Assembly: GCF_020745735.1 (NCBI RefSeq)
Contig: NW_026867441.1
Span: forward strand, 541,951-605,950
DNA length: 64,000 nt
Source: Hemiscyllium ocellatum
Taxonomy: Eukaryota
Direction: 5' to 3'
The notes beneath the pieces were generated by a model. That model ran no database searches. It was not told where the DNA came from and was given only the letters and a program-made list of their open reading frames with translations. Made by a program: the position numbers and the translations under genes. Shown here piece by piece: positions 50,677 through 62,310 of the stretch (within the stretch, counting starts at the first letter, position 1; each line of letters starts with the position of its first letter).

Positions 50677-51734
50677 AGAAAAGGGATAAACTAAATGTCA
50701 GGGTAGACCTCAATGGATAGGTGGACTGGGTAGTGCATCGAAAGAAAAGGATTTCATGGAATGTCTACGAGATGGTTTTTGGAGCAGCTTGTGGTTGAGC
50801 CATGATGGAACAGGCAGGTGTGGATTCAGTGATGTGGAATGAGGCAAACATGATTAGTGAGTTTAAGGTGAAAGTATCACTCTGGATAAGTGACCATAAT
50901 TCCCCCTGTAGTTTGAGAGAGAGAAGCTACAATCAGATGGAACTGTATTTCAGTTGAGTAAAGGTAACTGCAAAGACATGAGGAAGGAGCTGGCCAGAGT
51001 TGGTTGTAAGGGGAGCCGAGCAGGTAAGATGGTGGGGCAGCAAACAGCAGAGTTTCTGGGGGTAATTCAGGAAGTAGAGTAGGAATTCATCCCAAAAAAG
51101 AAAAAAACATTCTCAGGGGAGGACAAGGCAACCATGGCTGATGAGGGAGGTCAAGGACAGCATAAAAGCAAAAGAAAAAGCATCCAATGTGGTGGAGAAT
51201 AGTGGGAAGCCAGAGGATTAGGAAGTCTTTAAAGAGCTATAGAGGATAACTAAAAAAGCATTAAGGGTGGAGAAGATGAAATCTGGGAGTTATCTAGCCA
51301 GTAATATAAAAGAAGATTGCAAGAGTTTTAGCAAATATATAAAAAGGAAGAGGGAGGCAAAACTAGACATTGGATCACTGGAAAATGAGTTTGGAGAAAG
51401 AATAGTAGGAAATGAAGGAATAGCCGAGGAATTGAATCGATACTTTGCATCAGTCTGCACCATGGAAAACACCAGCAGTGTACCAGTACTTCCAGACTGT
51501 CAGGGGGCAGTTCAGGCGTGTAGTGGCCATCAGTAAGGAGGAGGTACTGGGGAAGCTGGAAGGTCTGAATTTGGATAACTCCCCCAGACTGGATGAACTA
51601 CACCAGTGTGTTCTGAAGGAGATCACTGAAGAGATTGTGGAGGCATTGGTGATGATCTTTCAGGAATCAATGGAGTCAGGGTGTGGAGGTGGAGATTTGA
51701 TGGGGGATATATACCCCTTGCCTAAGGCTAAGGC

Positions 51735-51905
51735 CAATTCACCTGACCCGCACATCTTTGGACTGTGGGAGGAAACCGGAGCACCTGGAGGAAACCCACA
51801 CAGACACGGGGAGAACATGCAAACTCCACACAGTCAGTCGCCTGAGGCAGGAATTGAACCCAGGTCCCTGGCGCTGTGAGGCAGCAGTGCTAACCAATGT
51901 GCCAC
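51735..51905 (-). mobile_element. HE1-like SINE, 5' half
   Basis: Head and body match 52315-52500. Confidence 0.8.
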
Positions 51906-52314
51906 AGTGTCACCCGGTGGACTTGGAAGTGCAATGGTAAAATAGGGCTGAGTCAACACGGTTTCATCAAGGGGAGGTCATGCCTGGCAAATGTGTTAGA
52001 ATTCTTTGAGGAGGCAATGAGCCAGTCAGGCAAAGGAGAGTCCGAGGAAGTAATGTATTTTGATTTCCAGAAGGTATTTGACATAAGATAAGCGCCCACG
52101 GTGTTAGGGGCAATGTACTGGCATGGACTGAGAACGGACAGGTTGGCATAAAGCAGAGAGTGAGGAAAGATGGCAGCTGGTGACTGGTAGAGTTCTGCAG
52201 GTGTCAATGTTGGGACAATAACTATTCACGTTATACATTAACAATCTGGATGAAGGAAGTGAAGACATTGTTGCTAAGTTTGCAGACAACATGAGATAGG
52301 TGGAGGGACAGGAG

Positions 52315-52636
52315 GGGCGGCACGGTGGCACAGTGGTTAGCAGTGCTGCCTCACAGCGCCAGAGACCTGGGTTCAATTCCCAACTCAGGCGACTGACTGT
52401 GAGGAGTTTGCACGTTCTCCCCGTGTCTGCGTGGGTTTCCTCCGGGTGCTCCGGTTTCCTCCCACAGTCCAAAGATGTGCGGGTCAGGTGAATTGGCCAC
52501 GTAAATTGCCCGTAGTGTTAGGTAAGGGGTAAATGTAGGGGTATGGGTGGGTTTCGCTTCGGCGGGTCGGTGTGGACTTGTTGGGCCGAAGGGCCTGTTT
52601 CCACACTGTAAGTAATCTAAAGTAATCTCTAATCTA
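52315..52636 (+). mobile_element. HE1-like tRNA-derived SINE, full length and young-looking
   Basis: A box GGTGGCACAGTGG, B box GGTTCAATTCC, a CpG-retaining body and a (TAATC)n tail. Confidence 0.92.
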
Positions 52637-53559
52637 AAGGTAGTGTTGAGGAAGTGGGAAGGCTGTAAAAGGTCCTAATAGGCTCTGAGAGTTGGCAAAG
52701 AAGTGGCAGATAGAACACAAGAAGAAATACAAAGACTGTTTGCTAAATGAGGAAAGCCTTTGGAAATCTAAAGCACAAACCTCATTCAGGTTAACAGGCA
52801 GGTCCAGTTTGTGCTTGAGAAGGCAAATGAAATGATAGCATTCATTTCAATAGGGCCAGAATACAAGAGCAGAGATGTACTGCTGAGGCTGTGTAAGGCT
52901 CTGGTCAAACTGTATTTGGAATATTGTGGGCATTTTTGGGACCCATATTTTAATAGAACAATGTACTGGCATTGGAGGGGTTTACAAGAATGATCCTGGC
53001 AATGAAGGGCTTGTCATATCAGGCGTGCTTGAGGACTCTGGGTCTGTACTCAATGGACTTTAGAAGGATGAAGAGGGATCTTATTGAAATTTACAGAATA
53101 CTGACAGGCCTGGATAGAGTGGATGCAGAGAAGATGTTTCCAAAAACAGGAGAGACTCGGTAACCAAGGCACAGCCTCAGAATGAAGGGCCGACTCTTTA
53201 GAGTTGAGATAAGGGTGAATCTCTTCAGCCAGAGGGTGGTGAATCTGTTGAACTTATTGCTACAGAGGGCAGTGGAGGCCAAGTCACTGAGTGTATTTAA
53301 GACAGGGATAGATAGGTTTGTGATTGTTAAGGGGATGGAAAATTCCTGTGGAGTAGGCAGGAGAATGGGGTTGAGAAGCATATCTGCCAAGATCAAATTG
53401 CAGAGCAGATTCAATGGGCTGAATGGCTGATTTCTGCTCCTATTTCTTAAAGTCTTCTGGAGAGTTTCCCAAAACCCTGGAACACTGAACCTACTGGACT
53501 GTGAGCCCTGCTGTAGCTGTTTATCAACAGATAACCAAAGAGTGGAGAGAGTGTGCATT

Positions 53560-56500
53560 TAGGTGGGAACTTCAGAATGCTTCCCAGCTCCTGGAATACC
53601 ATGAGAGCAGGAAGTGTGGTCAGTGACAGCAGTTGGAGCTCCAGGTTCTGGAGCTTGAGCAGCAGCTGGTGTCAGTGGAGAGCATCTGTGAGGCTGAGAG
53701 CTCCGTGGAGAGCACGTTTCTAGATGTGGTCACTCTGCACCTTCAGAGTATGCAGGGAGAGAGGGAATGGGGGAGCAGCAGACAGTCCAAAAGGACCAGG
53801 CAGCTAGTACAGGAATCCCTGAGTGCCTCCCACTCTCCAACTAGGATTCAGTTCAGAATCCTGATGAGAATGATGGTTCATCTGGGGAGTGCAGCCAGAG
53901 CCAAGTCCCTGGCACCACGGTGGGGGGGGGGGCTCAGCTATACAGGAGGGCAGAAGGAAAACTGGAAGAGCGATAGTGAGAGGATATTTGAGAGTGAGGG
54001 CATCGATAGGTGTTTCTGCAGCTGCAGATGGGAATCCAGGATGGTGTGTTGTCTCTCTGATGCCAAGGTCAAGGATGTCACTGAGCGGCTGCAGAGCACC
54101 CTGAGGGGAGAAGGGGAACAGCCAGCAGTCATAGTCCACATTGGTCCCAGTGATGGATGGAGAAAAAGGAACGTGGTCCTGCAGTCAGAAGGTTGGGAGC
54201 TCTGGAGGGAATTAGCAGCAGGAACTGAAAAGGAGGAATCTCCGGATGACTCCCAGTGCTACATGCAGGTGAGAATAGAATCAGGAGGTGAGCACAGGTG
54301 ACTGTGGGGCTGGAAAGAGGATCCATGAGGGAGGGCTTTGGATTTTTGTGAGGTGGTTTACTCATGCAGTTAGAGAGGGTTTAAACTAACTTGGCAGGGC
54401 TGTGCGAACCAGGAGAGAATGTCAAAGAGGAACACAAAGGAACACAGAATCCTCAGTTCAGTCAATAAGTCACCTCCCAGTGGGAAGGATGTGGAAGAAT
54501 ACAAATGCATGAATTTACAGAGACCTGCAAATATGATAGAGTTGTTATAAATGGGCGGGGCGGTCTTTAGCTTCTGAATATAGACTGGGATAGTAGCAGT
54601 GTAATGGGCAGGAAGGGCCCAGAGTTGTGAGAGTGTGTTCAGGTGAATTTTCAGGTGGCATCGGTGGCTCAGTGGTGGCTCAGGTGGGGCAGCACGGTGG
54701 CTCAGTGGGTAGCACTGCAGCCTCTCAGAGCTAGGGTCACAGGTTCGATTCCAGCCTTGGGTAACTGTCTGTGTGGAGTTTGCACATTCTCCCTGTGTCT
54801 GCGTGGGTTTCCTCCGGGTGTTCTGGTTTACTCCCATGGTCCAAAGATGTTCAGGTCAGGTGAATTGGCCATGCTAAATTGCCCACAGTGTTAGATGCAT
54901 TACTGAGAGGGAAATGGGTCTGGGTGGGTTACTCTTCGGAGGATCGGTGAGGACTTTTTGGGCAGAAGGGCCTGTTTCGACCCCGTAGAGGCTCTAATCT
55001 AATCATTGGCAGTGAAGAAGGCTGTCTAAGAATACAATGGAATCTTGATCAACTGGGCCAGTGGGCTGAGGAATGGCAGATGGAGTTTAATTCAGATACA
55101 TGTGAGTGCTATATTTTGGTAAGACACAAGACATGGGTGAGATCCCAAACAAATATTTCAGGTCAGTATATATTGTGGAGAAAGCTAGGGAATTTGGAAA
55201 AATAGTGATGTCTTGAAAAGAGACCACACACAAATGAGGAGACGCTCAAGATCTGAAAACACATAAAAGTAGTAGATAAACCCTAGGACCTGATCAGGTG
55301 TATCCCAGAACATTGTGGCAAACTAGGGAAGAGATTGCTGGGCCCCTTACTGAGATATGTGTATCACTGACAACTATGGGTAAGGTGCTGGAGAACCAGA
55401 GAGGTTGGCTAATGTTATGCCATTATTTAAGAAAGAAAGACTGTAAGGAAAAGCCAGGGAATTATAGACCAGTGAGCCTGATGTCAGTGTTGGGTAAGAT
55501 GTTGGAGTGGATTCTGTGGGATAGGATTTACATTCTTTGGATAATCAATGTGGTTTTATGCATAGGAAATCATGTCTCCTGAATTTGATTGAGGAGGTGA
55601 CAAAGAAGATTTATGGAGATAGAACAATAGACATTGTCAATATGGACTTCAGTAAAGTTTTTGACAAGGTTCCACATGATAGACTGGTTAGTAAGGTTAG
55701 ACCACATGGGATCCAGGGGGAGTGAGCCATTGGGATAAAAAAATTGGATTGAAGATAGGAGACAGGAGTGGTGGTAAAAGGTTGCTTTTCAGACTGGAGA
55801 TCTGTGAATAGCTGTGTGCCACTAACATTGGTGCTGGATTCACTATTTTATAGAAATGATTTGGATGTGAATATAGGAGTTACAGTAAGTTTGTAGATGA
55901 TATCTAAATTGGTACGATAGTGGATAGCGAAGAAATTCATCTCAGAGTACAGCGGGACCTTCATCAGATGGGGCAATGGGCAGAGGTGTAGCATATGGAG
56001 TTCAGTTTAGATAACTGTGAGATGTTGCATTTTGGAAAGGCAACCCAGGGCAGGAGTTAGACAGTTAATGGGAGGGCCCTGTGGAGTGTTGCTGAACAAA
56101 GAGACCTCGGATTGAAGATGCAAGTGCATTATTACTTGAAAGTGGGGTCACAAGTAGACAGGGTGATGAAGAAGGTGTTGGGTACACTTGCTTTTATTGG
56201 TCACTATTTTGAGTATAGGAGTTGGGACATCATGTTGCAGCTGTACAGGAGATTAGTGAGGCCACTTTGGCAATAATGTGAACAATCCTGATCACCTTGA
56301 AAATAGGAAGGATGCTGTTAAACTTATAAAGCTGCAGAAAAGATTTACAAGGACATGGCCAGGAATTGGAGGGTTTGAGCTATAGGGAAAGGCTGAAGAA
56401 ACTGGGTCTATTTTTCCTACAGCATCTAAGGCTTCGGGGTGACCTTATAGATGTTTATACAATCATGAGGGGCATGGACAGGGTGTATATCCAAGGCCTT

Positions 56501-57420
56501 TTCTTTGGGAAAGGGAGTCCAAAACAAGATGGCATAGGTTTAAGGTGAGAGGCAAAATATTCAAAAGGGACCTGAGGGGTAACTTGTCACACAGAGGGTG
56601 GTATGTGTCTGGATCGAGCTGCCAGAGTAAGTATTGGAGGCAGATACTATTACAGCATTTAAAACGCATTGGGATGGGTACATGAATCGGAAGGGTTTTG
56701 AGGAATGTAAGCAAAATGCTGGCAAATGGGATGAGGTGATTTAGGATATCTGGTTAGTATGGACAAGTTGAACTGAAAGGTCTGTTTCCACGCTGTATGA
56801 CTCCATGACGATGAGAAGCTGGAAAAGCTGAAACTTTTTATTCTGACACGTAAGAGTCTGAGGAGTGACCTTGTAAAGGTTTATAAAATCATGAGGGTCA
56901 TAGAAAATGTGAATAATTCAGGAAGGAGCTGAAGTTTTGTAGAAATGGCAAAAAATATTCCTGAAGATCCTTCCAGGGATGAGGAACATCAGTTATACAG
57001 ATTGATTGGAGAATTTGGGACTGTCTTCTTTGGCGAAGGCTGAGAGGAGATTTGTTTGAGGAATTAAAACCAGGAGGGGCCTGGACAGGGTAAATAGGGA
57101 GAAAATGTTCCCAATTGAGAAAGGATTGAGACCGAGAGAACACAGATTTAAAGTAATAAGTAAAAGTAACAAAAGTGAGAGGGGGAACAACATTTTCAGC
57201 CAGTGGGTGGTTAAGGTGTGGAATGCACTGCCTAAGAGTGTGGTGGAGGCAGCTTCAATTAAAACATTCCGAAGGGAATGAGACTGTTATTTGAAAAGGA
57301 ACAATGTGCAGGGTGACAGGGAGAAGGCAGGAGAATGACACTCAGTGAATTGCTCAGTCGGAGAACCATGACAGACAGGATGGACGGAATGGCCTCCTTG
57401 TGCACTGTAACTATTCTGTG
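53560..57420 (+). mobile_element. Degraded CR1-like LINE(s): ORF1 esterase, RT and 3' end
   Basis: MVCCLSDAKVKDV, VIVHIGPSD, DFSKVFDKVPHDRL and LSYRERLKKLGLF. Confidence 0.85.
54685..54995 (+). mobile_element. HE1-like SINE
   Basis: Matches 52315-52636, with a duplicated head. Confidence 0.85.
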
Positions 57421-57476
57421 ATTGTGTGATTGAGCAGAGTTAAAGCTGGGGGAGGTGGGAGCTCGGTGTCTCACTG

Positions 57477-57478
<2 letters not shown>

Positions 57479-57514
<36 letters not shown>
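57479..57514 (+). repeat. (CTG)12 microsatellite
   Basis: Read directly from the sequence. Confidence 0.97.
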
Positions 57515-57887
57515 AGGTCAGTGAGATCAGAGACTGGGACAGGGAGCCAGAGCTCACATCAAACTCTGCCCCGTGTCCGTCACACTGAGACTGGCAGGAG
57601 GCTACTCACTGATTTCACTCCATGCTGCAGGAATGGGACCACAGGCTGCAAATGGACAGAGCTCCTCCACACGGTGAGTAAAACTGACTGACTTATATCT
57701 TGCTTCTTAAAGGGGGCAATGGAACTGAAGTGGTACGGTTGGACAACTGTTAGACACAGTGCTCCTTAATCAACCATTTCGTTCACTGCAGCTCCCCACT
57801 AACACCTTCAACAAATCAGTAACTGTATTTTAGAAAGTGTGTTTCAGTATTGAAAGGGTTAATAACAGAGGATTGAGGTTTACTTAC

Positions 57888-57922
57888 TCAGTCTGAGCTT
57901 GGTTCCTTTACCGAACGTGTCC
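57888..57922 (-). CDS. IGKJ: Ig kappa J segment (DTFGKGTKLRL)
   Basis: FGXG motif, donor A|GTAAGT and an adjacent 23-RSS. Confidence 0.97.
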
Positions 57923-57961
57923 CACAGTGAGAGTTCCCAGTGCAGAGGCTGTACAAAAACC
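57923..57961 (-). other. 23-bp spacer RSS of J
   Basis: Plus strand reads CACAGTG (57923-57929), 23 nt, ACAAAAACC (57953-57961), which is full consensus. Confidence 0.98.
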
Positions 57962-58393
57962 TCTGCTCTCTGCTTCCCCCCCATCACTCTCAACCTCTCC
58001 CTGTCTCACAGTCTCTCATTCACTCTCAACTTCTTTCTGCCCCTCTCTGTCTCTCCCTCATTCATGTGTCTTTCTGTCTCCATCTCTCTCTGTGTCCAGC
58101 TGGGCTTGGGAGCTTTGTGAAATTTATTTTTCGATATTAAATCTTGCAGCTGTTCTTCACGCGTGGTCATGGAGTGTCAGAGGGAAACTTGAGGCCTTCA
58201 GTGAGCGGTGGACACCACAGGGACTGGAGTGTGTCATGGACAGTGACAATCCCAGCATGGGGTAATTTGTTCAGTTTCATTTGTATCTAATTGTGGATGT
58301 GTCAGTTCAGGCTGTGGGACTGTGTGTCCATTATTATACATTTTATATAACTGATTGATGTGTCAGTGCATGAGGCGGTGCTGTGTGTCTTGA

Positions 58394-58421
58394 GGTTTTT
58401 GTATGGCTCTGTATCACTGTG
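58394..58421 (-). other. 12-bp spacer RSS of V
   Basis: Minus strand reads CACAGTG (58421-58415), 12 nt, ACAAAAACC (58402-58394), which is full consensus. Confidence 0.98.
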
Positions 58422-58726
58422 TTGAGCGGAGCTGCTATACCAGCTGTTCTGACAGTAATAGTCAGCGACATCCTCATTCTGAACGTTGCTGATTGTCAGG
58501 GTGTAACTGGTCCCTGATCCACTGCCGGTGAATCGCTCGGAGACTCCTGTGAATCGAGATGTTGCAGCATAGATCAGGAGAGAGGGTTTCTGACCTTCTC
58601 GCTGCTGGTACCAACTGAGGTAGCTGCTAATGTCTTGACTGGCCGTACAGGTGATGGTTGCAGTCTGGCCCAGTTCCACTGACAGCACCGGGGGAGACTG
58701 GGTCATGATAATCTCCCCATTGATAC
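58422..58726 (-). CDS. IGKV: Ig kappa V exon (unrearranged)
   Basis: (G)[52 protein letters not shown]...[17 protein letters not shown]. Conserved C-W-C, no stops, acceptor ccctcag|. Confidence 0.97.
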
Positions 58727-58912
58727 CTGAGGGGTCAGAGAGAAACACAGTGAAGTCAGAACTGTCACAGAAAGAGCCTGTCAAATGAGAGATTGTTGGA
58801 GACACTGAGCATTCCTCTGGTTTCAGCATTTTCCCTTCAATCACAAGTCAGTGGAATTGGAGTGAAATGGAGAGCAGCTAAAGATTCAAGGTGGAAGGAG
58901 AGAGATTTGTAC

Positions 58913-58961
58913 CTGCGACACAGAATGCCAGGGGCCAGATCAGCTGGATGTGTGAAATCAT
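58913..58961 (-). CDS. IGKV: Ig kappa leader exon MISHIQLIWPLAFCVA(G)
   Basis: Kozak ACCATG, a hydrophobic leader and the phase-1 donor G|GTACAA, in frame with the V exon. Confidence 0.93.
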
Positions 58962-59021
58962 GGTGTGTGCTCCTGTCCCTGTGCCTGGTTCCTGATAAAC
59001 TCTCCCTTCACTGGGCTCTGC

Positions 59022-59075
59022 TTTATAAAGCTGCAGCCTGTGAGAGTCTGACTGGGTGTTCCTCAGTATGTAAAT
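59022..59075 (-). promoter_or_regulatory. V promoter: TATA box and variant octamer
   Basis: TATAAA at 59027-59022 and ATTTACAT at 59075-59068 (the consensus is ATTTGCAT). Confidence 0.75.
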
Positions 59076-59109
59076 GGCATCAGGCAGAGAGAGCCACGTC
59101 AGCCCCTCA

Positions 59110-60375
59110 CACTTCCTCTTCTCTCTCCTCTCTCTCTCTCTCATCCTTTCTTTTCTTTCTCCCTTTTCCCTTTTTTCTCTTTCTCACCCTTCTCTTGTAT
59201 ACGTTCTTGTTATTCGTTGACTTTCTCTCTCTTTTTCTATTTCCGTCTCCGACTCTGTCCTCTCCCAATTATATAACTACTTATATCTTTCCTTTTTTCC
59301 ATGTATGTTTGACATTCTGTTTATCTCCCTCCCTTCTGTTTTGGTTGGTCTCTCTCTCTCTCTCTTTCTGATCATTCATTCTTCTCCTTCACTTATATTA
59401 CTACCTAATTCCTCACTCATTCTCTCCTTATACCCTCAATCTCTAATTGCCTCACTCTCTCTTTGTTTCCCTCCCTCCAGTCACTCTCTAGCAGGCATTA
59501 TTCCAGGACATTGGAACAGTGAGTCCTGGGGCAGCAATTAAATGCCTCGCCCTCTCTCACTCAATCTCACAATGTACACTTGCTCTCTGTCTCTGTCTGT
59601 GTGTGTCTTCTGTGTCTCTCTCAATCAAAAGTTCAATGACATGAACAGCATTTAACAAGTCTCTACTGATCATCAATGATCTAGCAACATCAATCCCAGC
59701 TTGGCATTGAGGGAGAGGATCAGCCATGGTCATATTGAATGGCAGAACAGACTCACAGGGCCAATCCCTAACCCTAACCCTAACCCTAACCCTAAACCTA
59801 ACCCTACTCCTGCTCTCTATTTCTATCTTTGTATGTCTGTGTAATCTCCAATCTCTGTCCCTGGATATTGATCCCTCTATTCATGGAAAAAGTTGCCTTC
59901 CTGTCCACTCTATCCCTGCCTCTCATAATCTTTTTGCCCTTCAGCAGGTTCCCTCTCAACCTTCACTGCTCCAAGAGAAACAATCCCAAACTTTCCAATC
60001 CTTCCTCATAGCTCACACCCTCCAGGCCAGGCAGCATCCTGGGAAATCTTTGCACCATCTCGAGTACAGTCATATCTTTCTCATAATATGGTGACCAGAA
60101 CATCTCTGCACGTCTGTCTCTCTCTTTCACTGGATTGCCTCTACTCTTTGTCTCACACCTACTCTGTCTGTCTGTCTCTCTCTCTGTCCCCTCTCTCTCA
60201 GTCACACTGTCTCATACTCTATCTCGCTCTATCTCTATTCTTCAACTCCACCATCTCTACCTCTCTCTACCTCTCTCTCTCCCCCCGCTTTTACTCATCT
60301 TACACTGCCTGAGATTCTTTATCCTGCTCTCTCTCACTTTCACACCCTGCCCTTCTATGTCTCTCTCGTCAACAT

Positions 60376-60413
<38 letters not shown>

Positions 60414-60420
60414 GCACACT
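59110..60420. repeat. CT-rich low-complexity region with CR1 fragments; (CT)n(CA)n at ~60375-60420
   Basis: Read directly from the sequence. A CR1 3' fragment lies on the minus strand at ~59880-60090. Confidence 0.8.
59766..59806 (-). repeat. Interstitial telomeric repeat (TTAGGG), about 7 units
   Basis: (CCCTAA)5 ACCTAA CCCTA. Confidence 0.9.
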
Positions 60421-60903
60421 CTCTGCCTTTCCAACAAGGTCCCAAGTGGTAAAAGTTAAATACAGGTTATATCTCCTCCAAATCTAATGGATGTTAACCC
60501 TTGACACCAGGAGTATGTCTACTCCTGGAATAAAGGCCCATTTCCCACATTGACCAGGGTTTGGCCTCTCTCAGGAAGACGGTCAGATTCTTGTCAAATG
60601 AAGGGCAATTCTGTGCTGTTGGCCCATTCTTCCTGGGGACTGGTTTGGACACAAACCTCATTCCATGAAAGCCCAGCAGAGGGAGGAGATCCTCAGGCCA
60701 TCAGTATGACCTGGAGGGATAGGACAGGATCTGACCCATTGACCCATCCTATCCATTCACAACATGTTCCAATCCTTTCCCCTCACCTTTCCCTTCCATG
60801 GTCAAGCTCCAGTTTTATTGGTATGAGGATTGGACCATCACACAGTTACTACAGAAAGGAAATGAGCCCCACACTCACTACAGTATCCATGTCCCACTGG
60901 ACT

Positions 60904-61255
60904 GTCCAGTGGAGACCAGTAAGCATGGAATTCATTCCCACAGAACTCTCCAGTAGAGACCATTAAACATAGGCATCTTTGCCGCTGGAGCCTCCAATGG
61001 AGACCAGTAAATATGGGTCTATTTCCCACTGAATACTCGAGCAGAGCCTAGTTAACATGGACCTTATTCCTACTGGGCCCTCCAATAGAAACCAGGAGAG
61101 AAAGGCCTCCATTTCTTTGAACTCTCCAGTGCAGACCAGTAAATATAGACGAGCTTCAAACTGGCTCCTCCAATACAGACCAGTAAAGATGTGACTCTTT
61201 GTGAATGGATCCTCCAATACAGACCAGTAAACAAGGATCTCATTGCAAGATTGAA
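60904..61255. repeat. Degenerate 44-bp tandem array (resumes at ~62366-62460)
   Basis: The motif CTCCA(A/G)TA(G/C)AGACCAGTAAA recurs at 60904, 60948, 60992, 61036, 61080, 61124, 61168 and 61212. Confidence 0.85.
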
Positions 61256-61554
61256 CTTCGGAATGAGGAGCAGGAATAGGTAATCAAACCCGTTTCCTAT
61301 TTAACATGATCATGGCTGAACTTAACCTCCTCTCCACTTTCCAGACGGCTACCTATTGCCCTCTATCCTGCTTTTCATCAGAAAGATATCTGTTTCTTTC
61401 TTGAATCTGTTGATTGATTCTGCCTCCACTGTGCTTGAGGAAGGGGGTGGGGAGGGGGGGGGGGAGTGGGGAGGGGGGGTGGAGATGATGGTGCGCACTG
61501 ACATCCACAGATTCGCAACCTTCTGCGAGAAGTAGTTGGAATGGAACAGATTCC

Positions 61555-61890
61555 ATACAGTATGAAACCAGGCCATTCAGCCCAATAAGTCCACACCAAC
61601 CCTTCAAAGAGCATTCCACCCAGAGCCATTCTGGAACCTTTTCCCTGTAACCCTATATTTCCCATGACTAATGAATCTAACCTACACTTTCCTGGACACT
61701 ATGGGTAAATTAGCATGGCCAATCCTCTGAACGTGTACATCATTAGACTGTGGGAGGAAATCAGAGCACACAGATGAAGCTCACACAGACAGGGGGAGAA
61801 TGTGCAAACTCCATGCAGTTGCCTGAGGGTGGAGTCGAACCTGGGGCCCTGGCACTGTGAGGCAGCAGTGCTCACCACTGCACCACTCTG
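61555..61890 (-). mobile_element. HE1-like SINE
   Basis: Head and body match the other copies. Confidence 0.8.
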
Positions 61891-61899
61891 TCACCTGTA

Positions 61900-62310
61900 G
61901 TTTCTCCTCATCTCAGTTTTAAACATACCTCCTCTCACTCTATGTCTATGACCTCTTGTTCGAGACTGGCCCACAAGAGAGTACATCTGTTCAATGCTTG
62001 CCCTATCAATCTCCTTTAGCATCTTATATACTTCACTCAGATCTCCCCTTCATACAACTGAATTCCAGTGAGTACAAGCCCTAGCTATTCAACCATTCCT
62101 CATATGGCAGCCCTTTCATCCGGGGAATCAGTCTGGTGAACATCCTCTGAACTGAATCCAGTGCCACCATATCCTTCACCAAGTAAGGAGACCACAACTG
62201 GACACAATGCTTCAGATGTGGTCTCACCAATGCCTAATAGAATTGTCACAATATTTCTTTATTTCTGTAATTCAGTCCTTTTATAATAAATACCAAGATT
62301 CCAATTGCTG
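61900..62310 (-). mobile_element. CR1-like 3' fragment
   Basis: Reverse complement of the CR1 ORF2 C-terminal region (LVRPHLKHCVQLWSPY..KDM). Confidence 0.7.

Larger units (their letters stand above)
49780..53450 (+). mobile_element. Degraded CR1-like LINE ORF2 with nested SINEs
   Basis: VLYLNAHSI, VVGITETWL, HGFIKGRSCLANVLEFFE, DFQKVFD and LCKALVKLYLEYC, plus a tail. Confidence 0.85.

Noticed and set aside
46040-57880. Additional J segments or RSSs in the J-C intron
   Set aside because: I saw no further FGXG exon or heptamer/nonamer pair by eye. A formal RSS scan was not possible.
58793-59371. 192-aa plus-strand ORF and other L/S/F-rich ORFs at 59.3-60.5 kb
   Set aside because: These are antisense to the Ig leader or translations of CT-rich low-complexity DNA.
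60904-61255. CRISPR-like repeat/spacer appearance
   Set aside because: The context is a vertebrate genome with no cas genes. The variable halves are still related to each other (ATGG...TTCCCACTGG), so this is a diverged minisatellite.
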